Shown: in pieces, positions 1-12,675 of the stretch
Numbering within the stretch: position 1 is the stretch's first letter
Layout of the letters: every line of letters starts with the position of its first letter
Assembly (NCBI GenBank): GCA_965223855.1
Contig: CBDCXM010000002.1
Coordinates: forward strand, 1-64,000
Direction of reading: 5' to 3'
Length of the DNA stretch: 64,000 nt
From: Candidatus Multivoradales bacterium
GTDB taxonomy: Bacteria; Acidobacteriota; Thermoanaerobaculia; Multivoradales; JAHEKO01
Position numbers and translations under genes: made by a program
The notes under the pieces: model-generated
Seen by the model: the letters and a program-made list of their open reading frames with translations, nothing else
Told to the model about the DNA's origin: nothing
Databases searched by the model: none

Positions 1-132
1 GCCTTGCTGGGCTCATGGAAATCCGGACTCGGGAGCGGCGGAACGCCGTGCCGACGAGCGGGGACTGTAACACGCCGTGCGCTCTCTTCCAGTTGGGCAG
101 GAATGGTCGAGAGCCCTGCTACCATCGGCCTT

Positions 133-708
133 GTGAGCGAACTCGTCGGAGCCGTTCTGGTGGGTGGCCGCAGCGGCCGGATGGGGCGCGACAAGGCTGG
201 ATTCGAGCTCGGAGGCGAGTCTCTCGCCGGGCGTGCTCAGCGGGTACTGGCGCCGCTGGTGGGTGAGCTGCTGGTGGTCGGTGAGGGAGCCGATCTTCAT
301 CGGAGGCAAGGCTCCCGGGCAGTCGGCGATCGAGTCGCCGGAGGCGGGCCGCTGGCCGGTCTCGACGCGGCTCTGGCCGCGGCAGACGGGCGTCCGGTGC
401 TGCTGCTTGCCTGCGACCTGCCGGCCGTGCAGCCGGCACATCTGACGAGACTCCTGGAGGCGAGGCAGGGTCGTGAGGCACCATGTGCCGCGGTGGTAGC
501 GGTCGAGCCTCGAGGGCCTCAGCCGCTGCTGGCGATCTACGAGCCGCGCTGTTCCGCCGTCGTCGAGAGCCGGTTGCGGGGAGAGGATCGTTCGATGGTG
601 GGGCTGCTGGAGGCGCTCGAGTGGCAGCCGGCGCCTCTGCCCCGGGAGGCTTTCTGCAACGTCAACTCGCCGGCCGATCTCGGCGCCTTCGCGGCGATCT
701 CCGGATGA
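133..708 (+). CDS. mobA: Molybdenum cofactor guanylyltransferase
   Basis: VLVGGRSGRMGRDKA, GGPLAGL, ACDLP, QPLLAIY and NVNSPAD motifs; GTG start at 133 chosen; stop overlaps the fdhD ATG (ATGA). Confidence 0.9.
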   Translation: MSELVGAVLVGGRSGRMGRDKAGFELGGESLAGRAQRVLAPLVGELLVVGEGADLHRRQGSRAVGDRVAGGGPLAGLDAALAAADGRPVLLLACDLPAVQPAHLTRLLEARQGREAPCAAVVAVEPRGPQPLLAIYEPRCSAVVESRLRGEDRSMVGLLEALEWQPAPLPREAFCNVNSPADLGAFAAISG

Positions 709-1565
709 GCGGTGAGCGACCGGTTCCCGGCAGCACCCGGGATCTCGCAGCGTGGTCGCTCGAAGGTGACGCCCGCACGGCGGTCATCGAAACGGTCGCC
801 GTCGAGGAGCCGCTGGGCATTCGTGTCGTCGTCGAGCGAGGCGGCCGGGTCGAGCGCCACGATCTCGCGGTGACGATGCGCACCCCCGGCCACGATCGTG
901 AGCTCGCACTCGGCTTCCTGGTCAGCGAGGGGGTCGTGACCGGCGGCGGGGAGGTCGCCAGAGTGCTCGAGTGCGACGACGCCGAGCCGCCCGGCGCGGT
1001 CGTCGAGGTGACGCTGGCGCCCGGCAGCGGCTACGATCCCGAGCGCTTCCGGCGCAACGTCTACACGACCTCGAGTTGCGGCATCTGCGGCCGGGCGGCG
1101 GTCGACCGGGTCCGCCTCGAGTGTGAGGCACTCGATCCCTCCCGGCCGTCGCTCCCTACCGGCTCCCTGTGGAGCCTCTCCGAGACGTTGCGGCAGGCGC
1201 AGGCGGTTTTCGATCGTACCGGCGGCCTCCACGCCGCCGGCTGGTTCGCTCCCGACGGCTCCCTGCGCCTGCTGCGCGAGGACGTCGGTCGTCACAACGC
1301 CGTCGACAAGGTCGTCGGCGCTCTGCTCGAGAAGGGAGCACTCCCGGCGGACGACGGCCTGCTGATGGTGAGCGGCCGGGCGAGTTTCGAGCTCGTCCAG
1401 AAGGCCGCCCTCGCCGGCATGCCGATTCTGGCTGCAGTCGGCGCTCCCAGCTCGCTGGCGGTCGATCTCGCGCGTGAGGTAGGGATGACCCTCGTCGGTT
1501 TTCTGCGAGGGCTCCGGGCCAACGTCTACTGCGGAGAGAGCCGGCTGTCGTTGCCCGAGCCCTGA
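705..1565 (+). CDS. fdhD: Formate dehydrogenase accessory sulfurtransferase FdhD
   Basis: VEEPL, TMRTPG, SSCGICG, TGGLHAA, EDVGRHNAVDK and SGRASFELVQKA motifs; ATG at 705. Confidence 0.95.
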   Translation: MSGERPVPGSTRDLAAWSLEGDARTAVIETVAVEEPLGIRVVVERGGRVERHDLAVTMRTPGHDRELALGFLVSEGVVTGGGEVARVLECDDAEPPGAVVEVTLAPGSGYDPERFRRNVYTTSSCGICGRAAVDRVRLECEALDPSRPSLPTGSLWSLSETLRQAQAVFDRTGGLHAAGWFAPDGSLRLLREDVGRHNAVDKVVGALLEKGALPADDGLLMVSGRASFELVQKAALAGMPILAAVGAPSSLAVDLAREVGMTLVGFLRGLRANVYCGESRLSLPEP

Positions 1566-3805
1566 TCTGCACCAACAGCTCCGATCGCGAGCGTCTCGCT
1601 GGCGGCGACCATGGTCGAGTGCGACCACCAGCTCGGGGTGACGATGGTGCCCGTCGGGAGTCGGGCAGCGCCGGCCGGGAGGCCCCAGGACTGGTCGAGC
1701 AGCTCGACATCGAGGACGGTCGCGGCGGCGACCTCGAGCGTGACGAGGAAGCCGGTTTCGTCGGCACCCACGTGCAGCAGCCGGAGCTCGCCCTCCGGAG
1801 CGACCTCGCATCCGGCGCCGTCGATGTCGCAGGTCGTGATCTCGCCGTCGGAGCGGAGCACCGCCCTCATCAGTTCGGCGCCCCGCGGTGATGCGAGTCG
1901 CACGCTCAGCCGGCGCCCGCCGGCCACGGCTTCGTCCGCCTCGAGGGTTGCCATGGGGGACGGCAGTCCGAGATCGGGCGCTTCCCCATTGCGGAGGATC
2001 GGCCGTGCGCCGAGCGCCTCGGGCGAAGTGGCGTCGGCCCAGGATTCTCCAACTCCAACCCGTCCGTCGAAGCTGTCCCAGCTCGCTTTGCCGGCCGAGT
2101 CCGTCAGGTGCCACAGGGTGGCGGAGCGCGGCCGCTCGGCGCTGCCCGCCGAGAAGACGACTGCCGTCAGGGCGACGCCGCCGCACAGCAGCAGGCCCAC
2201 TGCCCACACCAGCCGCCGCGTCCCCTGGAAAACCGCCAGAAGGGGCGAAAGTGCCAGCGCGAAGAGCACCGCGACGGCGGCGGCGAGGTGGACGGTCAGA
2301 GCCGACAGGACGAGCCCCAGGATCGGCGTCCAGAAGGCGCCGAGGATTCCGAGGGCGGCGGCGAGCCCGAAGCTTCCTGCGCGCGGTCCGAGCCGGCAGG
2401 CCACGGCCGCTGCGGTCAGGACCATCGCCGGTACGAGAGTCAGGAAGGTGGCCCCCGGGGCGACGCTGCCCACCACCACCGACAGCAGCGACCAGAAGAG
2501 CCCCAGTGCCGCCAGCGAGGGGCGCTCGTCGGGAGTGCTACCGGCCATCAGCGCAACGGCCGCGGCCGCGACGAGCGCGAAGCCGAGCGTCGTCAGCCCC
2601 TCCAGGTGCGGGACTCCGTGAGGCGTCGGGAGCGCGCCGCCGGAGAACAACGTGACGAGGCGCCAGATCAGGTAGCTGGCGCCGGCAGCGAGGACGATGG
2701 CGAGGAGCAGCCTTCCCCAGAGGAGGACCGCTCTTCCAGCAGTGGTTTCCCCGGCGCGGAGCTCGATTCCGACGACGACGAGTCCGGCCAGCAGCAGCAG
2801 CCAGGCGAGCCGTCCGGCTGACCTCTCGTGCCAGACGACGAGCCACCGGATGCCGATCGGATTGAAGTAGACGCCGTTCGCGGCAGAGACCCCCGGCAGT
2901 TCGCCGCGGTCGAAGGCCGTGAGGAGAGCGAGGGCGTTGGCTCCCTCCTGCTGCACGGTGCGACGATCGAGGAGATCGGGGTGGTCGAGGGCGCTGTGGT
3001 AGGCGGTGTGTCCGCCGATGAAGGCGAAGTTGAGCCCGCGGCCGCCGGCGCGCTTGACGATCGAGAAGTCGGTGTCGTTCGGCATCCGGCGGTACACCTC
3101 CCAGGCGAGGGAGTTGGCGGTCGGATAGGGGGCCAGGCGGCCGAAGGCGTCGATCAGGTCGAGCGATCCGGCAGTCGTCTCGAACAGGATCGCCACACCA
3201 CGCCGGCCTCTCGCTTCGAAGTTGAGAACGAGATCGGCACCGCGGTACCAGCGGTGGCGTTCGACGAAGGCGCGCGCGCCGACGAGACCGATCTCCTCGG
3301 CATCGGTGATCGCGACCACCAGGTCCTGCTCGAGCGGCCCGGCGGCGAGCCGTGCGCGGACCGCTTCGAGGATGACCGCGACGCCCGAGGCGTCGTCGCC
3401 GGCGCCGAAGGTCTGAGGCTGGGAGTCGTAGTGCGCCATCAGGAGGAGGGCCCGTTCTCCCGACGAGCCAGCGAGCCGTGCGACGACGTTCTCGACCCGG
3501 ATCACCCGTTGCGACGAGCCGCGGTCGACGCGCCACGGCAGTCGCTGGATCTCCACCTCGAAGCCGAGCTGCTCGAGCTCCGAGACGACAAAGTCCCGCG
3601 CGCGGTCATGAGCGGCCGAACCGACCGGGCGGCTCTCCCGGGCGAGCGCTTCGACCACTCTCATCGCCCGCTCGGCGGAGAACGTCGTGGCCGGCGCATC
3701 GGCGGACGCAACCGGCGGCGGGCGGTGCAACAGCGCGCCGAGGGCGACGCCGGCGACGAGCGTCGCCAGCCACAGGACGAGCGGGCTGCGGACGGAGGGC
3801 CTCAT
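1526..3805 (-). CDS. Membrane-bound M28 family metallopeptidase (ERMP1/PFF1-like)
   Basis: AHYDS, GAGDDASG, DAEEIGL, NFEARG, PNDTDF and YHS metal-ligand motifs, followed by a multi-TM region and a C-terminal soluble domain. Confidence 0.88.
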   Translation of the reverse strand: MRPSVRSPLVLWLATLVAGVALGALLHRPPPVASADAPATTFSAERAMRVVEALARESRPVGSAAHDRARDFVVSELEQLGFEVEIQRLPWRVDRGSSQRVIRVENVVARLAGSSGERALLLMAHYDSQPQTFGAGDDASGVAVILEAVRARLAAGPLEQDLVVAITDAEEIGLVGARAFVERHRWYRGADLVLNFEARGRRGVAILFETTAGSLDLIDAFGRLAPYPTANSLAWEVYRRMPNDTDFSIVKRAGGRGLNFAFIGGHTAYHSALDHPDLLDRRTVQQEGANALALLTAFDRGELPGVSAANGVYFNPIGIRWLVVWHERSAGRLAWLLLLAGLVVVGIELRAGETTAGRAVLLWGRLLLAIVLAAGASYLIWRLVTLFSGGALPTPHGVPHLEGLTTLGFALVAAAAVALMAGSTPDERPSLAALGLFWSLLSVVVGSVAPGATFLTLVPAMVLTAAAVACRLGPRAGSFGLAAALGILGAFWTPILGLVLSALTVHLAAAVAVLFALALSPLLAVFQGTRRLVWAVGLLLCGGVALTAVVFSAGSAERPRSATLWHLTDSAGKASWDSFDGRVGVGESWADATSPEALGARPILRNGEAPDLGLPSPMATLEADEAVAGGRRLSVRLASPRGAELMRAVLRSDGEITTCDIDGAGCEVAPEGELRLLHVGADETGFLVTLEVAAATVLDVELLDQSWGLPAGAARLPTGTIVTPSWWSHSTMVAASETLAIGAVGADQGSGNDSRLSPQ

Positions 3806-3885
3806 GAGGGTCGGGCGGTCCGCTCGGCGTCCGCTACGCTGCCCGCGAATCCGGCGGACACGCTCGACCTCTTCATTGAGACGAG

Positions 3886-4311
3886 TTACACCAGACGGGC
3901 GTCGAGCTCGATCTCGACTCCGGCCAGCGCCTTCGACACCGGGCAGTTGGCCTTCGCCCCGGCCGCCTGTTCCTGGAAGTCGGCCTCGTCGATACCCGCG
4001 ACCGAGGCTTCACACGCGAGCTCGATGCGGGTGATCGTCGGACCGGCGTCGGTGATCTCGAGATGGGCCCTGGCTGACGTCGAGACCGAGTGCGAGTCGT
4101 AGCCCGCGCGGCCGAGTGCCGCCGTCAGGGCCATCGAGAAGCAGCCGGCGTGCGCCGCCGCGATCAGCTCCTCAGGATTGGTGCCGGGGTTGTCTTCGAA
4201 GCGCGAGCCGAACGAGTACTTGCCCTCGTAGGCCCCGCTCCCGAGCTTCATCGTTCCTCCGCCGCCCTTGAGGTCGCCCTCCCAGACGGCACTGGCACTG
4301 CGTACGGGCAT
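3886..4311 (-). CDS. osmC: OsmC family peroxiredoxin
   Basis: WEGDLKGGGG, GTNPEELIAAAHAGCFSMAL and AKANCPVSKAL motifs; GGAGG RBS upstream. Confidence 0.95.
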   Translation of the reverse strand: MPVRSASAVWEGDLKGGGGTMKLGSGAYEGKYSFGSRFEDNPGTNPEELIAAAHAGCFSMALTAALGRAGYDSHSVSTSARAHLEITDAGPTITRIELACEASVAGIDEADFQEQAAGAKANCPVSKALAGVEIELDARLV

Positions 4312-4425
4312 GTCTTGATTCCTCCTGTTCGAGTCGGATGGCGGTCGCGCCGCGGCGACCGGAGCGCGACCCTACCATCGAGCTTCGGTGAGAGATCGGC
4401 GATCTTGCGGCGGTAACATCCCGTC

Positions 4426-7215
<2,790 letters not shown>

Positions 7216-7247
7216 GGCAGGGCACTGCCCGGCAACCGGGGGTCGGG

Positions 7248-8471
7248 TCAGGCGACCGAAAGGGCGCGTTCGATCCTCTCGATCGCCCAGTCGAGTTCTT
7301 CGCGGCTGATGACGAGGGGTGGTGCGACCCGGATGACGTGCTCGTGGGTCTCCTTGCACAAGACCCCCATCCCCTGGAGCGCCTCGCAGAAGCGTCGCGC
7401 GCCTCCGGCCTCGGGCCGAAGCTCGATGCCGATCCACAGACCGCGTCCTCGCACCTCGGCGACGTGCGGCGAATCGAGGTTGCGCAGCCGGTCGAGGGCG
7501 TAGGCGCCGAGCGCGGCGGAGTTGTCGACCAGATCCTCGTCGACGAGCACGGCCAGCGCGGTGCGCGCGACAGCCGCCGCGACCGGGTTGCCGCCGTAGG
7601 TCGAACCGTGGTCACCGGGGTGGAACACTCCCATCACGTCGTCGTCGGCGACGACCGCCGACACCGGATAGAGGCCACCCGAGAGCGCCTTGCCCATGAT
7701 GATCATGTCTGGGCGGACTCCCTCGTGCTCGTAGGCCCACATGCGACCGGTGCGGCCGAGCCCTGACTGAATCTCGTCCGCCAAGAGCAGGCAGTCGGCC
7801 TTGTCGCAGATCTCACGGAGCCGTCGCAGGAAGCCGTCCGGCGGGATGATGATCCCCGCTTCTCCCTGGATCGGCTCGACGAGGATCGCCGCCGTGTTCG
7901 GCCCGACCGCGGCCGCCACCGCATCGGAGTCGCCGTATGGCACGACCCTGAAGCCCGGGGTGAACGGGCCGAAGCCGTCCTTGTACTGGTCGTCTGTCGA
8001 GAAGCCGACGATGGTCGTCGTGCGACCGTGGAAGTTGTCGCTGAAGACGACGATCTCCGCCTCTCCCTCGCTCACACCCTTGACCTTGTAGGCCCACTTC
8101 CGGGCCGCCTTGATGGCGGTTTCCACCGCCTCGGCGCCGGTGTTCATCGGCAGCACCTTGTCGAAGCCGGTGAGCTCGGCGAGCTCCTGGTAGAACGGTC
8201 CGAGCTGGTCGTTGCGGAAGGCGCGCGAGGTCAGCGCGACCTTGCGGCTCTGCTCGACCAGCGCCTCGACGATCCGCGGGTGGCAGTGGCCCTGATTGAC
8301 CGCGGAGTAGGCGGCGAGGCAATCCATATATCGGTTGCCGTCGACATCCCAGACCCAGACCCCCTCTGCACGCTCGATGACGACGTCGAGGGGGTGATAG
8401 TTGTGGGCGCCGGAGGCGTCCTCGAGCGCGACGAAGGCGGCGGTTTTCGACAGCTCGGCGGTGTTGTCCAT
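7248..8471 (-). CDS. rocD: Ornithine--oxo-acid aminotransferase
   Basis: AHNYHPL, YSAVNQGHCHP, MNTGAEAVETA, EPIQGEAG, DEIQSGLGRTG, GKALSGG and HGSTYGGNP motifs. Confidence 0.95.
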   Translation of the reverse strand: MDNTAELSKTAAFVALEDASGAHNYHPLDVVIERAEGVWVWDVDGNRYMDCLAAYSAVNQGHCHPRIVEALVEQSRKVALTSRAFRNDQLGPFYQELAELTGFDKVLPMNTGAEAVETAIKAARKWAYKVKGVSEGEAEIVVFSDNFHGRTTTIVGFSTDDQYKDGFGPFTPGFRVVPYGDSDAVAAAVGPNTAAILVEPIQGEAGIIIPPDGFLRRLREICDKADCLLLADEIQSGLGRTGRMWAYEHEGVRPDMIIMGKALSGGLYPVSAVVADDDVMGVFHPGDHGSTYGGNPVAAAVARTALAVLVDEDLVDNSAALGAYALDRLRNLDSPHVAEVRGRGLWIGIELRPEAGGARRFCEALQGMGVLCKETHEHVIRVAPPLVISREELDWAIERIERALSVA

Positions 8472-8534
8472 GGCGCGGATTCTGCCACAGCGCCAAGACG
8501 CCCGGAACCCTCCCGGGGAGGCTCGTCGGGGGTG

Positions 8535-9305
8535 TCAGGAGGGGTTGGCGGACCGCTCGGAGGCGGCCGCTGCGAGGTCCGCTTCGGACGGCTGCCGCGT
8601 GGTCTCCGGGGTCCAGGGTGACAGCTCGTCACGACGCCGATCGAGATCCTTCTTGACGGCGTTCTTGAAGCCCCCGTCGCCCCCTTCGGCGAGCGCCGTC
8701 ATCTGCTCGCGATAGGTCGCGATGTCGAGCAGCTCGAAGCGCATTCGCAGCCGGCGAAAGACCCGCGGCAGGCGCTGACCGGGAATCTGAACGTGGTGCA
8801 GGCCGCCGCTGTAGGCCATCAGCATCTTGCCGTCGTCGATCGTTCTCAGGATGTCGGCGACGCCGCCGCGTGCCGTCATCGGCTTGCCGGCGAGGTCCAG
8901 GCCGGTGGCGCGTCGCATGCGGCCCTCCGGCAGGATGATCACCAGCGAGTCGGCGTCGATGCTGTTGAGCACCGCTTCCCAGGTGTGGTCGGGTGCCCGC
9001 GAGATCGAGACCGGGTGCGGAATGAGCAGCTTGAAGAAGAAGCCGACGAGCGGGCGTTCCAGCGTCTTGGCGGCCACCGGCACGACCGCCCGCGAGGCGA
9101 TCTCCCACAGGAATCGGAACGGCACCACCGCGGCGAAGATCGGCTCGTAGAGGCTGGTGTGGTTGAGGAAGCAGATCAGCCGCACCTGACGCCACGGCCT
9201 TCCCGGGATCGGCCCGCCGTCGACGCCGCCACCGTCGAGCCGGTAGAAGAACATCGACAGCAGCTTGATGGCGACGAGGATCGGGAAGCTCAGATAGCGG
9301 CCCAA
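8535..9305 (-). CDS. PlsC-like phospholipid/glycerol acyltransferase
   Basis: NHTSLYE (HX4D/E-like) and ILPEGRM blocks; TTG start uncertain. Confidence 0.7.
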   Translation of the reverse strand: MGRYLSFPILVAIKLLSMFFYRLDGGGVDGGPIPGRPWRQVRLICFLNHTSLYEPIFAAVVPFRFLWEIASRAVVPVAAKTLERPLVGFFFKLLIPHPVSISRAPDHTWEAVLNSIDADSLVIILPEGRMRRATGLDLAGKPMTARGGVADILRTIDDGKMLMAYSGGLHHVQIPGQRLPRVFRRLRMRFELLDIATYREQMTALAEGGDGGFKNAVKKDLDRRRDELSPWTPETTRQPSEADLAAAASERSANPS

Positions 9306-9397
9306 GGAGCAGCCTCCGGTGACGGTCGGCGATTCCGGCGAAAGAGTCGTGCCGGGTGGACTGGTTTTCGCGAAGCCGCGCAGTAGGATAGCGCGTC

Positions 9398-10189
9398 ATG
9401 GTTGAGTTCGACATGTCGGGCAAGCGCGTCCTGGTGATGGGCGTGACGAACAAGTTCAGTCTCGGCTGGGCGATCGCCGAGCGGCTGCATGCCGCCGGAG
9501 CGACTCTCGCCTTCAGCTACCAGGGGGAGCGCCTCCGCGACTCGGTCGAGAAGTTGACGGCCGACATGGAGGGCGTCCGGCTCTTCGAGGTCGACGTCAC
9601 GGTCGAGGAGGATCTCGATCGGATGTTCGGCGCCCTCGCCACCGAGTGGGGGAGCCTCGACGGTGTCGTTCACGCGATCGCCTTCGCGCCGCGCGAGGCG
9701 ATGCTGGGGCGATACATCGACACCAGTCGCGACGATTGGCGCACCGCGCTCGACATCTCCGCCTTCTCCCTGGTCGCCGTCGCCCGGCACGCCGAGCCGT
9801 TGCTGACGCCAGGCGCGGGCATCGTCACGCTCACCTACTACGCCGCCGAGAAGGTGGTGCCGAAGTACAACGTCATGGGCATCGCGAAGAGCGCTCTCGA
9901 GGCGAGCGTGCGCTACCTCGCCTACGATCTGGGGAAGGTGGGGGTCCGGGTCAACGGTGTGTCGGCAGGCCCGGTGAAGACGGTCGCCGCGCGCTCGATC
10001 CCGGGCTTCATGAGCATGTACAAGGAGTTCAGCGAGACGGCGCCGCTGGGTCGCAACGTCGAGCAGGAGGACGTCGGCAACCTCGGCTTGTTCCTTCTGT
10101 CCCCGCTGGCGGCCGGGATCACCGGCGAAGTGGTCTATGTCGACTCCGGCTACCACGTCATGGGGATGAAGCTCCCCGACGAAGCCTGA
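9398..10189 (+). CDS. fabI: Enoyl-ACP reductase (NADH)
   Basis: GVTNKFSLGWAIA, HAIAFAP, YNVMGIAKSALEASVRYLA and SAGPVKT motifs. Confidence 0.95.
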   Translation: MVEFDMSGKRVLVMGVTNKFSLGWAIAERLHAAGATLAFSYQGERLRDSVEKLTADMEGVRLFEVDVTVEEDLDRMFGALATEWGSLDGVVHAIAFAPREAMLGRYIDTSRDDWRTALDISAFSLVAVARHAEPLLTPGAGIVTLTYYAAEKVVPKYNVMGIAKSALEASVRYLAYDLGKVGVRVNGVSAGPVKTVAARSIPGFMSMYKEFSETAPLGRNVEQEDVGNLGLFLLSPLAAGITGEVVYVDSGYHVMGMKLPDEA

Positions 10190-10199
10190 GCTTCGAGTC

Positions 10200-10925
10200 G
10201 TGACCGCGACCGGCAGCGGAGTCTCGGTGGTGGTTCCCACCTACCGGGAGGCGCAGAACCTGCCGCTGCTCGTCGAGCGGCTGGCGTCGGTCCGGGATCG
10301 GGCTCTCCCGGATCTGGAGCTGTGGGTCATGGACGACGACAGCCGCGACGGAACGGTCGAGTGGGCGCGCGACGCTCCCGAGTGGGTCGAGCTGGTCGTG
10401 CGCACCTCGGACCGCGGCCTGTCACCTGCCGTGATCGACGGGATCGCCAACGCGCGTGGATCGATGATCGTCGTCATGGACGCCGACCTGAGCCACCCTC
10501 CGGAGAGTGTGCCCGACCTCGTGGCGGCGCTCGAGCACCACGACTTCGTGATCGGCTCGCGCTACGTCGAAGGAGGTTCGACCGACGAGGACTGGGGTGC
10601 TCTGCGCGCCTTCAACAGTTGGGTCGCCACCGTCCTCGCCCGGCCGCTCACCGATGCCCGCGATCCGATGGCGGGCTTCATCGCTTTCCGGGCCTCGCTG
10701 CTCGACGGAGCGGCGCCGCTCGACCCGATCGGCTTCAAGATCGGCCTCGAGTTGATGGTCAAGTGCCGGGTGCGTTCGGTCGGGGAAGTGCCGATCCGTT
10801 TCGCCAACCGGCACGCCGGGAGGAGCAAGCTCAACCTGGGAGAGCAGTGGCGCTATCTGCGTCACCTCGTCCGTCTTTACCGCTTCCGCTGGTCGGCGGC
10901 GGGGCGACGTCGCCCCGCGGGATGA
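10200..10925 (+). CDS. Polyprenol monophosphomannose synthase-like GT2 glycosyltransferase
   Basis: VVPTYRE, DDDSRDGT, MDADLSHPP, GSRYVEGG, DPMAGF and GFKIGLEL motifs. Confidence 0.88.
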   Translation: MTATGSGVSVVVPTYREAQNLPLLVERLASVRDRALPDLELWVMDDDSRDGTVEWARDAPEWVELVVRTSDRGLSPAVIDGIANARGSMIVVMDADLSHPPESVPDLVAALEHHDFVIGSRYVEGGSTDEDWGALRAFNSWVATVLARPLTDARDPMAGFIAFRASLLDGAAPLDPIGFKIGLELMVKCRVRSVGEVPIRFANRHAGRSKLNLGEQWRYLRHLVRLYRFRWSAAGRRRPAG

Positions 10926-12642
10926 GCCGGCCTCGGGCGTCGCGCTCGGCGACGCCGATCACCACCTGAACGCTCGGCGGGCTCTCGAAGCGTTTGCCGC
11001 TGACGTTGACGCGACCGACTTCACGCCAGCGGAACGGCAGGACCCCCGAGGTGTGCCACATCTTCATGCCGCGCCAGTTCTCCCGCGCCTCCGCCGTGTC
11101 TGTGGGACGGACGTCGAAGGCGAAGACGGCGAGTTCGGCGGGTACGTCTTCGACCGACCCGGGCCAGGGCAACTCCGGAACGAAGTCACGGTAGGGATAG
11201 GTGAAGCGGGAGTCGATGGGACCGAAGCTGACGAGCCGTTGCGGCTGGTCGAGCCGCTCGCGCAGCGCGAGGACTTCGGGACCGACGTCATAGCGCGCGT
11301 GGCCGAACGAGGCCATCCACAGTGTCGTGTGGGTCAGGCCGAGGACGGCTGCGAGCGCCAGCACGATCGCCGGCATCGGAGCGGACTCACCGCCGAGCAG
11401 AGCCGTACGGCCGCCCCGGAAGGTTGTCCAGGCCAACCATCCGACGACGAGGCCGGCGACGATCCACGGCCAGGGGACGTCGAGCTGCGGAATGGGCAGG
11501 ACCGTCTTTCCGGCGACCATGGCGGTAACGGCGAAGACGGCCAGCCATAGCGGCGCGTGGAGGACGGTGGTCCGGACTCGCGCCGCGAGCCGGCCGGCTG
11601 GTGTCGCGGTGAGAGCGCCGAGGGTCAGCGCGATCAGCAGTGCGACGAGCGGGTAGAGCGGCATGTAGTAGCGCCCCTTGGCGCCGACCGACCACCAGAC
11701 CGACGGATAAGTGACCAGCACGCAGCAGACGGCGAAGGCGAAGGCGGGCTGCCGCTCCAGGAGCGAGCGCCGGAGGTCGCGATCGAAGAGCGCCACCAGG
11801 AAGAGCGACCACGGGGCGAGGCAGCCGAGTGTTTCGAGCGGGAAGTTGACGAGGTGCTCGACGAGGCCGCCGAATCCCAGGCGTGGCCCGATCACCCCGA
11901 ACCAGGTCTCGACGACACTCTCCCGGTCGGTGGCCAGGGCATAGGGGAACTGCCACGCCCCTACGACGGCTGCGAAGGTTGCGAGGCCGGCGAGGTGGGC
12001 ACGGCCGAAGAGCCAGTGCCAGTCGCGCTTCCACAGCAGATAGAGGACCGTCGGGGCGGCGAAGTAGACCGGCGCCTGCAGCCCCTTGACCAGAGCACCG
12101 AGCGCTGCGAGGGCATATCCCGGGATCCAACCCCAGGCGGGCGCACGGCCGCTCGCGAAGGCCCGATACCAGACCAGCAGCGAGCCGCCGACGAAGAGAG
12201 TGAACACCGCTTCGGACTCGCCGAACCTGCCGAGCTGCATCACCTGGGCGAGCGTCGGGAAGATGGCGCCCGCCATCAGGCCGACACCGCGATTCGCTAC
12301 CCGCGAGCCGACCCAGTAGAGCAGCAGCGTCGTCGCCAGCACCGCCAGCACGCTCGGCAGCCGGATCGCGATCGCGTCCGCTTCCCCTCGCACCATCGTT
12401 CCCAGTGCGATCAGCCAGTTGGTCATCGGCGGACGATCGGGAAATACCAGCCCCTGCTGTTTGAGCACCGCCCAGTCGCCGCGCTCGAGCATGTTGATCG
12501 CTCCCCGGGCGCGGCGACCCTCCTCGCCCATCACCGGCAGCTCGGTCAGGCGGAGGAAGTAGATGCCGACGACGAGTGCCGTCAGGATCAGGACGTGCCA
12601 GCGCCACGAGCGGCCGGCCTCGCCGGCGGGGGCGTCGAGCAT
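10831..12642 (-). CDS. ArnT/PMT-like (GT-C fold) membrane glycosyltransferase
   Basis: EEGRRA, DRPPMTNW, RLPS, LVKG and RYYMPLYP motifs with many TM segments. Confidence 0.8.
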   Translation of the reverse strand: MLDAPAGEAGRSWRWHVLILTALVVGIYFLRLTELPVMGEEGRRARGAINMLERGDWAVLKQQGLVFPDRPPMTNWLIALGTMVRGEADAIAIRLPSVLAVLATTLLLYWVGSRVANRGVGLMAGAIFPTLAQVMQLGRFGESEAVFTLFVGGSLLVWYRAFASGRAPAWGWIPGYALAALGALVKGLQAPVYFAAPTVLYLLWKRDWHWLFGRAHLAGLATFAAVVGAWQFPYALATDRESVVETWFGVIGPRLGFGGLVEHLVNFPLETLGCLAPWSLFLVALFDRDLRRSLLERQPAFAFAVCCVLVTYPSVWWSVGAKGRYYMPLYPLVALLIALTLGALTATPAGRLAARVRTTVLHAPLWLAVFAVTAMVAGKTVLPIPQLDVPWPWIVAGLVVGWLAWTTFRGGRTALLGGESAPMPAIVLALAAVLGLTHTTLWMASFGHARYDVGPEVLALRERLDQPQRLVSFGPIDSRFTYPYRDFVPELPWPGSVEDVPAELAVFAFDVRPTDTAEARENWRGMKMWHTSGVLPFRWREVGRVNVSGKRFESPPSVQVVIGVAERDARGRLIPRGDVAPPPTSGSGKDGRGDADSATALPG

Positions 12643-12675
12643 CCGCTCGAGAGTGGGGGGGCGAAGCAGGGTGAG

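Noticed and set aside
1-16. Possible start of a minus-strand gene (ATG at 16) running off the window edge
   Set aside because: Only 5 codons are visible, too few to support a call
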